A DNA stretch of 64,000 nt from positions 1 through 64,000 of the forward strand of contig JBNGIO010005439.1 in assembly GCA_049999805.1 (NCBI GenBank). Reading direction: 5' to 3'. Position numbers and translations under genes: made by a program. Below the pieces are notes generated by a model. That model had not been told where the DNA came from. It saw only the letters and a program-made list of their open reading frames with translations, and did not search any database. The DNA comes from Folioceros fuciformis. Its lineage: Eukaryota. Shown one piece after another: positions 1-12,214 of the stretch. Position 1 is the first letter of the stretch; the number at the start of each line of letters is the position of its first letter.

Positions 1-1592
1 TGGCGCTGGACTGGCCTGAACAGGCTGTGAGTCGAGTGATCTTGAGTCGCAGACGGAGCTGTGGGAGCGACAGTGAGCACCGTCAACGCTGCCTATGGAA
101 ACCACCACCGAGATTAGAGTCAACCCTTGCAGGGTCCCCGTGGTGGCACTGACATGTGCAGCCATTCGTGTTGCGCACGCTGCGTGTGAATGGAAGTTTG
201 AGGGTCAGCCAATCGATGCCAGACAATCGCTCTGGCTGGACATCACCTGGAAATGTTGTGAGTCTGAGACTGTGTGACGACGGTGACGCTTTTGTGCGAC
301 ACGCAAGGACTGCCACTTTGTTTGCCTAGTTTTCAATTTGCCTTACCAATTTGCTTCATTTTCACAACTCCCCCACCTTATTCGGGGACACCATAACGAG
401 GGAGACACCATATGAGCCACTCAGGTGGGGAGACCCACTTAAGGGTGTTGGACAAATATGCCCCTCCCTCGTTCACCTTTAAATAAATGAAAGGAAAAGG
501 GTCCTCCACCCTGTGAGTTGGCTCACCATTCCTTGAATAAATTCCTTCAATGAATGCCTTAAGCAAGTGAGTTAGCTCATGATTAACGACTTAGATGTTA
601 GGCTACTACTAGCACTTGGTTACTAAGATGTGATGCCAAAACCCTATTAAAATCACATTATTCCATTAAGAACAATGATGTTGTCCCTCGTCTCTTCTCT
701 TTTGCTTGGCTTGAAGATGATAAACCCTAAACCCTAGCCTTCTTGCCTTGGTCGAATTTACTAGATAAGTGCAGAACTTAGGTAAGTTTTTTTTTACATA
801 CATTCGATGATAGTATAAATCTTTGACCAGCTATAGTGTTCACTTGTTGTGTTTTGCCTAATCACTTACTCTCCTTTGTTTGCTTACTATTTTGCAAGTT
901 TGTTTGTTGCTAAGCTTGACGTCGTAAGGCATAGTAAGCCTTTCACATTCATCAAGGGCTCCAACTCCTTGTCCACTGGACTACAATTCATAGTAAAACA
1001 CAGAAGAACTCATAGAGTGTGGATGTGATTGTGGATTTACCCGAACCTCCTGTTGGTCTTAAAGTTAATACGTGGACTATGAAGTAAGGCCTTTGTAAGT
1101 GCAATTAGGGTATCTACTTGACACCTTATCCACGGTTTCTTCAATAACACTGATTGATTCTGTAGTGGTCGAGGGTGGTGGTGGGAAGGTTCCAATCGAT
1201 GCCCATTTCCGCATGTGGGCGGCAGGCAACGAGGACCGACTCCACAAGGCGACTCGACTCGCAGCAATGCAATCTTGGCCGGAATCTGGTCGTGCACCGG
1301 TCGGTGCATAAATTTGAAACCTCATTAATAAGAAAATGATGTGCAGTGCGGTACAGTATAGTACAGTACAGTACGTGCGTATGTATTGTGGGTGATTTAC
1401 TGGTATAATGGATCCGCAAACGTAGAGACCAGTAAGGAGTATAAGAGAAGATTTAGGAACATGTGGTGAGCGGTGCGGGCTGGTAACCTGCATGATGTGG
1501 TGGAGTCGAGTCAGCAAACGCGTGAGAGCAGGGATCCCGTGGTCTCTAAGCGGCCAGAGCATGCAACGAAACGCCAGCCGGTGTCTACGCGC

Positions 1593-1767
1593 CACGTGCC
1601 GGTTTCTGAGCTGAGCAAGCAGCCAGGTTACCTGCCTTGATCATTCTGCGGCGTCAGCAACAGGCACAGGACCTGATAATGCAAACCACCGTGCGGGGCA
1701 GGGCAGGGTGGAGTGGGGCCCGCCCTGACGTGGCCTCTATCCCTCTCCTCCCTTTCAGGATATAAAT
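1593..1767 (+). promoter_or_regulatory. Putative promoter of the DnaJ gene: G-box, G/C-box hybrid and TATA box
   Basis: CACGTG at 1593-1598, TGACGTGGC at 1726-1734 and TATAAAT at 1761-1767, followed by a CT-rich leader before the ATG at 2099. Confidence 0.5.
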
Positions 1768-2098
1768 GAGGCCCGTAACTCTCATCTCGTCTCCGCCCCC
1801 GTCTTCACTTTGGCCTCTCCGTTAGCGTGCAAGTCATCTTCGCTTTATCTGTGCGTGTCGCTCGTCTCCGCGTCCCCTTCACCTCACGCCCCGGGCGCTT
1901 TCCCTCCTTGTGGCTGCCATCATCCTGGTACGCCACTGTTGCTTGGCACCAGAGAGCAGGATTTCCGCCGCTGCGCGCTCACATCACCGGACACATCCAT
2001 CGCTGTCGACGAGCTGCGGCTGCGAGGCCAGCCTGGTCGGGGAAGGAGGAGTGAATTGCAGCAGGGAGTTCGCGGATCACGCTTGCCTCGAATTCGAC

Positions 2099-2877
2099 AT
2101 GGCGCAGGCTGCGGCAGGCTCGCCTTGGGTGCAGCAGATGCAGTCCGTTTCCTCTAGCGCGGCCAGCCCCCAGGGGCAGCCCGGTTCCAAGGGCATGAAG
2201 TGCCGGCAGAGAATTTCCGTCAGAGCGCACGCTGGGAGCTCCCCGCCCTCCGCCTCCTCCTCGCCCTTCTCCTCATCTCTGGACGACTACGAGGTGCTCG
2301 GAGTCTCACACAGCGCGTCCAAGTCGGATGTCAAGACTGCGTACAGACGGCTCGCCTTGCAGGTGACAGCCCGGGCAGCAGCGTGGTCCACCCATGTTGT
2401 CGTTGATTGCGGGTGATGCCTTCCAGGTTTTGCTGCTCACACGCCTTCTCGTGCTGCAGTTCCACCCGGATGTGTGCAAAGGAGAGCACTGTGAGATGAA
2501 GTTCAAGCGGGTGCAGACGGCCTACGAGGTACGGTCAATTAGGGCTGGTTTCGGCGGTGCTTATGTTGATTTGTGCTTCCGGCGGATTTGAGGCAGGAAC
2601 TCATCTTGCAACCGCTCTTNNNNNNNNNNNNNNNNNNNNNNNNNNNNNNNNNNNNNNNNNNNNNNNNNNNNNNNNNNNNNNNNNNNNNNNNNNNNNNNNN
2701 NNNNNNNNNNNNNNNNNNNGGCAGGGTGTCGTCCGGCAGCTCGATGAGGCCGACGCGGCAGAGGATCTCACGGATTTCTGTTGGGAGGGGTTGATGGGAG
2801 TGGGCGACGAGTCGTGGAGCGAGTGGGAGGAGTGGATGGGATTTGAGGGAGGCGTGCCCGATGTGCAATTCCATTAG
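2099..2877 (+). CDS. Small chloroplast J-domain (DnaJ) protein, J8/ATJ8-like; interrupted by an assembly gap
   Basis: Exons 2099-2362, 2460-2528 and a last exon ending at 2877, with GT-AG introns. Ser-rich transit-peptide-like N-terminus, J-domain DDYEVLGV...AYRRLALQ/FHPDVCKGEHC, and C-terminal WEEWMGFEG motif typical of J8. Confidence 0.88.
2620..2719. other. Assembly gap (100 N)
   Basis: Run of N within the DnaJ gene. Confidence 1.
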
Positions 2878-3777
2878 CACCAGGTTCTCTGTACAGCGAG
2901 TCGTTGTGGCTTGATACTCCTTTTTGGCCTTCAAGACATGGGGATGCTTCCCGGCCCGAGATTGATTCGCCGGACGGGAATATTCGGTGACCTATCAAGT
3001 GGGTGATCGACCGTCCGGTTTCTTGTAGTCTGTATATATTTGTAGTTTCTTCGGGTGCCTCATGACTTACTTAGGTCTCATGGAGGTCTGTACAGTCACA
3101 GGTAAAGCTGATTAGGTGATGGGCTGTCTGCTCCCGAAGTGTCTTAGCTTTAGATATCAGGGAAGCTTGCCTTGTACGCAACACCTAGAGCTTATTTGCA
3201 ATTCGACGACAAATCATGGGTGGACCCCTCTGGTCCTCCTTAACTACATACATGCATACGGGTAGACTTGTTCGTTTTGCCTGATGAGACTGGCCCACAT
3301 TCCGGCATCGGGTGCACCTTCGCCGCATGAGACGGACTGGGCCCGTGGCCTACTGGTTGCAAATATCCGATGGCCGACAAAGCAGCTTGCCCACGTCCAT
3401 TAACATGTGCGTTTACCAAGTCATGCACTCTACGGTGGATATGAAAAAAGTTGTTGCTGCTGGTGCGTTACATCGCGTGAAAGGTATGGCAGGTCGGTAT
3501 GAGTACTCCGAATTCCACACAGTAGAATATGGAAAACAGAGTAAACTATCCGAAGGTCGGAAAGTATCTGAGAGAACAGAGACCGTGGACAAGAGACGAA
3601 GCAAATTTGACTAAATGTTTGCACAAATCAGAACTACAACACGTATTTTATTAGTTTGTTCACCACCAATCTCTCCAAGACATCCAGTCACACCAGTTTC
3701 AGTTCCACTGCCGTGGCTGCCTCATATCAATCACAAGTTGCCTAAATGCCTCACACTCGGTAATACTAAGCTAATTC

Positions 3778-4702
3778 TCATGGCCTATGAGTGCGAGGTG
3801 TAACAAAAAACTGGTACTTATTTGAAGCGGGGTCTATGACAACATGGAAAGCGTAAAACTGCGTGAACACTCCCACGATGAGGGCTATGAGGACAAAGAG
3901 GATGGGCAGAACGCAGTATACCCTCGGGGTGAGTTTTGGTGACCGTCTTGTTGGTTTCTTGACAGCTCTCTGCCTCACAGCCGTTGGAACTTGCTCCTTC
4001 TGAGTTTCTTCCGAGTTGTTTTCCTGTGCGCCTTCGGGTACCGGTGGTGGCGATTCTGGTGCTGCCACTACCTCTCCGGCCTCCATGGGGAAGTCCATCT
4101 CAATTTCCTTGTCGGGAACGCCGGCATTCGTTACCGAAGGACTTTCAGTTACTTGAGCTTCCATTTTAGCCCTCAATGCTGCTGCCTGTCTTGATCTAGT
4201 AGTGACGGTCGGGGAGTTCACGTTGGGACTTGAATATTTGGCTGGCGACGCCTCCTGCAGACAGAATTGAAATGCGCTGTCAGTTATGTTGCGCTTTCTA
4301 AGTTGCAATGCTACATGGCCAAGAAGCCTCAGGCTTGTAAATCTTGAGCAACCAGAGCTCAGCAGAGCACAACCTTCTTCCTCCTCGGTTTTGCTTGCTT
4401 CGGTTCCGCTACAATTGGCTCGTCTCCTAATTGCGTACCGCCGATGTTGATGTTCGGTGTCTGCATCGCCAAATTTCTGTAGTACTGCTTTGTTTGCTTC
4501 TGCATGCAAGCCGAAACCATCCAGTCATAAAACACAGAGACGTCGCCAGGAATCGCTGCAACGGAAGCGATGAAAATGCTTGTACACCGACCGAGCTTGG
4601 AAGTGATACTTTGTTCTTAGTGAGCCATGAAATCAGCTCTGGCACGGTCATGGCCATCAATTCCTCCAAAGGAGTATCAGCAACCACGGGTCCGCTATCC
4701 AT
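3778..4702 (-). CDS. 237-aa protein with an N-terminal LEM-like/HeH domain, basic NLS-like patches and a C-terminal transmembrane helix
   Basis: Manual splicing gives exons 4702-4592, 4499-4374 and 4254-3778 (both introns GT-AG, phase 0, no stops). Translation: MDSGPVVADTPLEELMAMTVPELISWLTKNKVSLPSSKQTKQYYRNLA...KPRRKK...VYCVLPILFVLIALIVGVFTQFYAF...RP*. Short upstream exons (ATG at 4960) are possible. Confidence 0.75.
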
Positions 4703-5627
4703 CACTCCAGACCACAAATAAAGCTCCGCACGCAGAAACGCACAGCGATAAGCAGCACTAGTTACAAAGTTCTCAACCGCGCAATCGGCTAGGCCAAGGA
4801 ATAAAGCTTAGCCTCCGGCCAATCAATCACTCACTCCTCACTTTTGGTCGACTCGGGACCTGTCTCACCACGCACTAGTCAGAAACCACAAACAAGGAAT
4901 GATCTCAATTCTCAAACAAGAGAAGCAGGATATCACAACGGTCAGGCTGTTACTCACCATGAGCAGCGCGCCTGTCTATCGTGGTGAACAAGAATGTGCT
5001 ACGAGGCGGACAAGAACAGATTAAGAATGGACTATCAAGGAAAGAAGATCCGTTTCAATCAGACACACACACCTCGCATCCAGGTTTCCCTCCGAAGGGC
5101 AGCATTTACGTCCAAATCTGCTTCCTCCTACAGGAAATAGAGAAGGGGGCTGGTGACGGCAGAAGCTGTATTTCTTGTGACCCCGGCCGGACTACTGTTC
5201 ATTGGCTCGTCTTGCTACAGGCACAGACCCGCGCATTCCCGCCTTTGGGGGTCGGATTGGCCCGGTTCCAAGATCGGTAGTGTGGACAGTAGCATGTGGA
5301 GCTCTGGAAGAGCGTCTTTCGGGGTTGTGAAGAAAAGAGTTTGAATGGACCGTAAAACGGTCCACGTTCCTCCTAACATGACAACGTAGACCAGACCGGT
5401 GGAAGTTACCTAACCGCAGTCCAGCCTTGTGGACACGACAAGCAGGGCACCACTTGAATTACCAGTTCATGCCACGCTCATCAGAACAATGGTCGACCAC
5501 TATGCTGCGTGAAACTTAACAACTCATGCAGCGCCTACCCAGTAACAAGGTTGCCAAAACAATAACCAAGAATTTAGGCCCGTGATGCTTCATGTACAAG
5601 AGTTCTTGCATCGCTGCTGCCGGGGCC

Positions 5628-8600
5628 TCACCCTTCCTCTTCACTGTCGTAATCTTCATCATCACCGAATGTGAACAGTGACGCATCAGCTGCATTTGCT
5701 GCAGCCATGGCTTTGAAGTCGCTAGCCGTGGAACTGTCGTCGGGCTGCTCCACTCCACTCGTCCCGGCACCAGACGAAACCTCATGACCCGGCTCTTTAT
5801 CGTCGGCTGCACTGCCCACCACCTCCTGTGGAGGCAACGGGATTTCCTTCAGAGCTGGTTCACCTGGAGCCAGCTCGGTGCCCCCACTTGTCTGCTCTAC
5901 CCTCTCCACACTTTGTCCAGCCTTGGACCCTTCCTGGGAAACCTTGTCTGCATCCTTGGCTGCAGCTTCAGATGCCCCAGCTGCAGAAGCACCTTCTGCA
6001 TCCGCACTACTGGGCTTCGCACCAACCACCCAAGGGTTTTGTGTTATCCGCACCCTGTCCATGGCGTTACGCATACTTGAAAAGGCATTGGAGAAGGCTC
6101 CGAAGGAGTTGCTACTTGGAACTTCACCTTCTTCACTTGGCTGAGCTTTGCTTTCTCCTTCCTTCTCCTCTGTAGGCTTCTCCGCCTTCTGTACAGCCTT
6201 CTTGGAGCTTTTATGAGACCCAGATTTGCTGCCTTCTTCTCCATCGCTGTCGGAGAAAATATCGTCAGCTTTGGCCTCCCCAACGGCACCTGTACTCTCT
6301 TGGCTTCCCAGCTGCTCTGCAGGTTTCGCCGAGGGTGGAGAAACAGCGGGTTGGGCTGTTTGCACCGGTCTTCTGGCAGGAAGTGGAGCATCGTAATCCA
6401 AAATCACTACCTCAACTTGAAAACCAGGTGAAGGTTGTTTTCGCTGCACATTCAGTGGAAGGGTGAGGGCAGTGTTCACTGGTTAAAGGGCATGGGCATC
6501 TACAATCCTGGAAAAAGAGTATCACCTTGTCAAACCCATCGAGTTCAAGTGCGTTCAGTATCAACCGGTTTTCCATCATATTTGTGTTCAGCCAGCTGGT
6601 GAGAGCAACGTCATGAACCAAGGTAAGAGTCGGACACAAATGGCAAGGAAATGAAAAGGAAACAAAACAGTTGAGCACCATTAACAGAGGAGTTTGACCA
6701 ACCAGTAGAAGTCACCATGCCGATCTTGGAAATGAACTTTAAAATCCCCATTCAGTTCAGCAACGCAACGTTCACCGGGTAAGGCGAAAACGACAATGCC
6801 TTTCCTTGGCGCGTTAAACCAGAAGTCATCTGGCTGTCCAGCCAAGAGGTCACAGACAGGGACAACGGCGTTCAGATGTCGAACATTACTTAGAACCTCA
6901 CAATCAACCAACGCAACTTGTAACCAAGAGACGACGCACCATCATGTCTTTTGTCCTCGGATGCTTCTTTGTTGAAAAGAGCACACCTGATCAGTAGCAG
7001 CCACTTTACAGCCTTAGAAAGGGAGAAGCCAAAAGAAGTGGAGTGCTTGCAAGGATACAGTCTTTGGTCGATCCTACTTACCATTGTGATCAGATATAGT
7101 AATGGCAGGCCGGATCCAGTAAGGACACTTGTGAAGGCGTATTCCCCTGAAGATGCACCTGAGAAGGGGAGGTACGCAAATGATCGTACAGTGAGTAAGG
7201 AGACGCTTGGCCACAGTTTCAGCAAACGACTGGAGATTATGGAGCAACAGTTCAGATACCAACTTTCTGACACTTGGATTTTCCCCGTTGAAGTCACGTA
7301 GGATTCGTTCAAAATACTTGACATAACGCTGGCATATTTATCACAAAGACCATAAATAAAACCTAGTGAGGAGAGCAAGCGTACGTACCCCCAAAGGCAC
7401 AACTATGTGAAAATGGCAAAAGGGGTACTGTATTCGTTCCAAACATCATCTGTGCAGAAGTTTTGGAGAGAGATTACTTACCACTTGACTAGGCAGGATA
7501 AGTCCTTTCCCATCTACACATCGCTTCTGGTTGTAGAACTGAATCGATTCTTCAGCTGTAGGAAAGAACTGCACCAGACAGGAGGCGACTTCAGGCATGA
7601 ACAGCGCTACTAATTAGGAGTCAAGCGGTCGAAGGTAACAGAATTTTATCTCCGCCACTCCACAGGAGCTGGTGCGAAGTTCAAAGACATTTTTCATACC
7701 TTCAGGTAAAGCAGAAGGGAAGATATCATGAGGCCAGTCCTTGCTTTTCCAGCTTTACAATGAACCACAACCACGTTTTCCAAATCCCCCTTCAGCCAAG
7801 AGTAGGCACTTTGACAGAAGGCGCCAATTAAGTGTATTGGCGGACAATTGTGGTCATTAAAGGGGAAGCAAGCCACCTGATTCGTTCCATTGCGAAACAA
7901 ATTGAGCCAGTTCTCACAAATCCTCACAAACAGACTATTAAGCACTGCTGCATTGAAACTGACGGAGTATGAATTTCTATCTCACCTTGCCTTCGAACAA
8001 AGCAGCATCATACAACCGCTCAGAGCACAGATTGTAGACCTTGTACTTGCCCTGTGACCAAGATTTCATGTGAGAAAAGCCACCTGGTCCAACCCAGAAC
8101 CTAACCTACCTCTTGCCACCTGGTCTCACCTTGTGACGTGTCTCGAAAAACTGAACGACATCTTCCATGTGGTTGCGATAGAGACCCTGCAACAGCAAAC
8201 GTTGGAGTCGTCAAGCTGTTGAACGATATCAACCTTGGCCGCCTCATAATCACTGGACAATCACAGACGTGGCAGGCTTCATTTACCTCAACATAACCAA
8301 GAAAGCCTGAGCTGATGTCCCCAGCTGGGAAACCCATGGCGATAACGTTCTCTGTGATGTAGGTCATATCCAGGTCAAAAGTTCCCTCCTGCACGATTAA
8401 CACGCGTCCGTTTCAATCGTACACATACTCCTGACAATCCTTGCTAGAGTGAATGAAAGGCAAAGTCTTTAGGACTGATGCGTGAAGCCACCTGATAACG
8501 TCTCTTGTTCTGAGACACCATGTGCCTTGCTTTGATTTGGACGACTTTGACCGCATTCCTTGACGTGTCCAAAAACCCCTTGGTGAAGGTCCCAAGAGCA

Positions 8601-9052
8601 CCCTCTGCGACCGGTGAGACCTGGGATTTGTGCTCTGCTGGAGCCGCATCGGCAACAGCAGTCTTGGCTACTGCTCGCTTTCCAAAGCCTCCTGACAGAA
8701 GGCTGAAGGTGGACCTGGGAGCCTCAGCCTGATGTGGCTCTGGGGCAGCTGACGACGGCATTCTGAAACCTTTTGCCCACGATGTAAATCCTCCTGCGAG
8801 GGTGGATTTCGGAGGAGCTCCCTCGACAGATTTTGGTGTCGCAGTGTGGGAGGCTGATGGAGGGGAGGTAGGGGTAAGCACGTCATCAGAAATCACCTGG
8901 ATTTGCTGCTCATCCTGTCCCTGTCCCTGCTCCTGCACCAGCTGCTGCTGGGCAGCGTCATCTGGAGAGCCAGCCGACACCAGCGGCTCCTTGGGAGTGT
9001 CTACAGCTTGCAGCTCGTCCGGGTCAGCAGTGCCGCCCACCAAACTGCTCAT
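5628..9052 (-). CDS. PTEN2: PTEN2-type phosphoinositide/protein phosphatase (multi-exon)
   Basis: ARHMVSQNKRRYQ/EGTFDLDMTYITENVIAMGFPA, FPFNDHNCPP, catalytic loop HCKAGKART (7739-7762), C2-region exons, and acidic C-terminus MAAANAADASLFTFGDDEDYDSEEEG. Confidence 0.93.
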
Positions 9053-10087
9053 CGCTCTCAGATCTACCACCACCCAAACCTACGTTCCTCTGGCCTTCCT
9101 GCACCTGCCCCGCATGATGCTGCTACCCCGCGGGACGAAGCTCCCTCCATCCATGCAGCCAAGTTCGATCTTTCGATGCAGATCCGACGCGCCAGCGATC
9201 AAGATGTAGATCGGTCAAACTGGCGGGCAAGCTACCATATTCACACTCGTCAGTCGAGAGAGCCTTAACCTAGAAGAGTGGAAGAACTTGGGCCGATCAC
9301 GCCATTATTAAGGCCCCTCGCCATGTTCGGAAGTTCGGTTCCTCTCACTTCCTATTTCCTGTGTTGATGGAAGGGGCACGCACGGATGCGGACTCGGAAC
9401 GCTTTAGTGTGTCAGGACTACGACTGACAGGCGCACTGGCTTCTTTCATCTTGTAGAATCAAGCAATCTTGTTATTACGACAAACAACCAGCCGACAACA
9501 CAGGTTCGCAATTGGCAAGCATGTTCGTCAAGCTCGATCCCTTCACAACGGCTGGACATTTCCTTGTGGGGAACCAAGTGGTACGTTATGGGCATGGATG
9601 GCAAGTCCTTACCCATCAGTCCCGGTTCAGCGCAAACCCCTCCAGAAGGCAACAACATGCAACCACATGACCTCTCGTTCTATTCTCTTTCTGGAGCCCG
9701 CCTCTGGTCACCTGCGCGCCTGCAGAAGCCGGTGGAGTGTCAACATTGTCAAACCAAACCTTGGGAAAATGCAGCAACCATGTACACTGTTCTCTCAATT
9801 CGGGAACATCAACCAACGATCCTGATCAAACTCAAAAGAAGCCAAAAGCCCAAGGCAATTCAAAAGCATGAAGCAAGGCCGCAACCACTGCTTGCCACCA
9901 CAGCTTGCCACAATTGGCAGTCCCTAACAGCAGACCCGATGGGCTGCAAAAGAGGCGCTATGGAGCTGAAGGACAGCGGCCTACCAATAGTAAGAATATA
10001 CACATCTGAATATGGAACAGACTCTAGTACACATCCAAAGAACTAACGATTGTCTATACACTAAAGAAAACCCCTTGGAATTTGCTG

Positions 10088-11619
10088 TCAACCCCCGGAT
10101 GAGCCCCCAGTATTAAGTCTGACGGGAATGCCCGTCCTTGCAGCTGCGTCTGCTGCCTCCCGCTTCTGAGCTCGCCTTGCCCGTCTCCCTGCTTTTTCCT
10201 TTGCTGGTGCTTTTCCCTTGGCTACCGTGGAGGTGGATGTGCCATCCAAACAATCATCATCAAGATCATGAGCAGACACCTGGCGTACACTTACTGGTCT
10301 AGCCTCCCTTCGACCACCCCGAACATAACCATTGTCACCCCATCGTCTATTACCAATGCGCAGACTCGAAGTGTAATAGTACTGCTCCAATACATCATCC
10401 TCATCATGATACTCTTCAGGCTCCTCCACTTCCAACATCGGAAGCCCCTGGAACCAAGGGGCTCGAAGGAGAAGGCATATGCTTTCCTCAAACATGTAGT
10501 CATGAAGGCTACAAGACAGACAACAAAAGGAGGGTGAGAATTCATCCCACATCCTCTACTACCGACACCAGCTAAGGAACTGACAACCCAATCCATCTCA
10601 AACACCACGAGGAGTGCAAGCCAAGCTAAGTTCAAACAGCAAACAGCTCCGGCCATGAGTGTGCACATTAATCAGGTGCCACCTCTTCCCAGATGGGAAG
10701 AAAAAACAACATACAACACTTCTGTCACCGGTCGGCCACCCATCCCGTGATCTGTTAGTACCTCATCTTGGCATACACCAAGCCCGCGCTGACATTGTGA
10801 TCAGGAAACCAGGAACTCCAACAAATTGACACCGATTCCCATGTGATGTGAAGGTACCAAACGCGCACAGACCCACATCCCAGCTCACACACCGTACCTG
10901 CCGTCAATAGATTTGTACACGTAGACGAAAGTGAAGGGAAGTCGGCATTGGGGGCACCAAGGCTCGGGTTTGTAGGAAGCCCAGCGCAGGATACACGTCA
11001 CACTGCGAGCCGCTAGAGAAGAGTTAAGACAGCGCCATACGAAGGCGTCATAGTGAGAATTGTGAGTGCAACGGCTCCTTATCTAAGGACTAGCGTACAT
11101 AAAGACGGCAAAAATAACCCTAGTGGCCTCTGTGCATCAACCACCTGAACGATTGCAGCAATCATCATGGTGAGCAACCAACCAATAAGAATGTTCACAG
11201 CCCTTAATCTGGGCTGTCTCTTCGACTGCAATCTTCTCCCGGCAGATGGCGCAAACCCAGTCATCCACGGAATCGAAATTATACCCTCCTCCTTCAGGTT
11301 CCTATTCCAGCAACGTACATCATTCAACATCTGCAGATCCAGCAATTAAGCAACAAGAACACCTTGCCAGGCAGCCCCACGAGAAGCAAACAGTGTGGCA
11401 GCGATTGGTGAGTACCGCAGAGGAAGGGCTGGCAGCTGTTCCAGCTACAGCCAGATCGAGGGCCCCATGGTACGAGGCCGCCTCCCCCTTGCTATCCATA
11501 TCCAGGCGTGGCAGAGCTTCCACAAGATTTGCTACCCCGGCACCGGTTGACGAAGAGAGTTCAGTGGCGACGTCAGGTACAGGAAAATCTGCTGCAGTAG
11601 GTAGGCCTGCTCCAGCCAT
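10088..11619 (-). CDS. C3HC4 RING-finger protein (putative E3 ligase)
   Basis: Spliced exons give CAICREKIAVEETAQIKGCEHSYC/VTCILRWASYKPEPWCPQCRLPF...DG/SLHDYMFEESICLLLRAPWF and a basic C-terminus GRRARRAQKRE. ATG at 11619. Confidence 0.88.
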
Positions 11620-12214
11620 GAAGTCTCCCGAGCAGCGTCCGGGCGGCGTATCTGGCAACCACCAAGAAGAAGCGCGCTCTGCCTAAGCTGTTGAGGAAGG
11701 TCGGCACCTGCCATGAACCACCCGGCTCAGCTGGAAACTAGAGATCAATCATCCGGTGTGGCAGCGGCTGCAACACATGTGAGGTGGCAGGCATTCCGCC
11801 AGAAGGCTTGGAGATGCCACTGGCTGCCTGCACACTATGGCTCAGAATAATGCTTCTTGTTGCTCCAAGTCCAGAGTAAAACCTAACCACTTTCTTACCA
11901 GGGCAGTGAACGCTGTTGCAGAGGATAGAGCAATCACCGTGCACCAGGTGGACCGGTCAAGATGAGCTTCCCGGCCACTTCCTTCAGATTGATAGGAAGC
12001 CAAGGCAAGCCAAAGTCCCCAGCATGCCGATCAGGTTGCTGGCACTGGACACACCGGTTGACCGTACCCAAGTGCCAAATCACAGCCACATGTTGCTATC
12101 TTCGCTCCTACAGGGTAACATACGTGCGTATTTAATTTATCAAAGCTTAAATTCGAAGGCTTTTGCAACTATTTTACGCAGGAAATGGAAGCAACCCCGT
12201 TGTCTGCTCACCAA

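Noticed and set aside
722-737. Telomere-like AAACCCTAAACCCTA
   Set aside because: Only two units; too short to call an interstitial telomeric array.
1-1600. Short ORFs and an AT-rich stretch at the window start
   Set aside because: No recognisable domain or consistent splice pattern; may be a 3' end/UTR plus repeat remnant but cannot be supported.
4255-4509. N-terminal part of the listed 243-aa ORF (MHAEANK...)
   Set aside because: Reads through an intron and exon 2 in the wrong frame; the spliced model gives a coherent protein.
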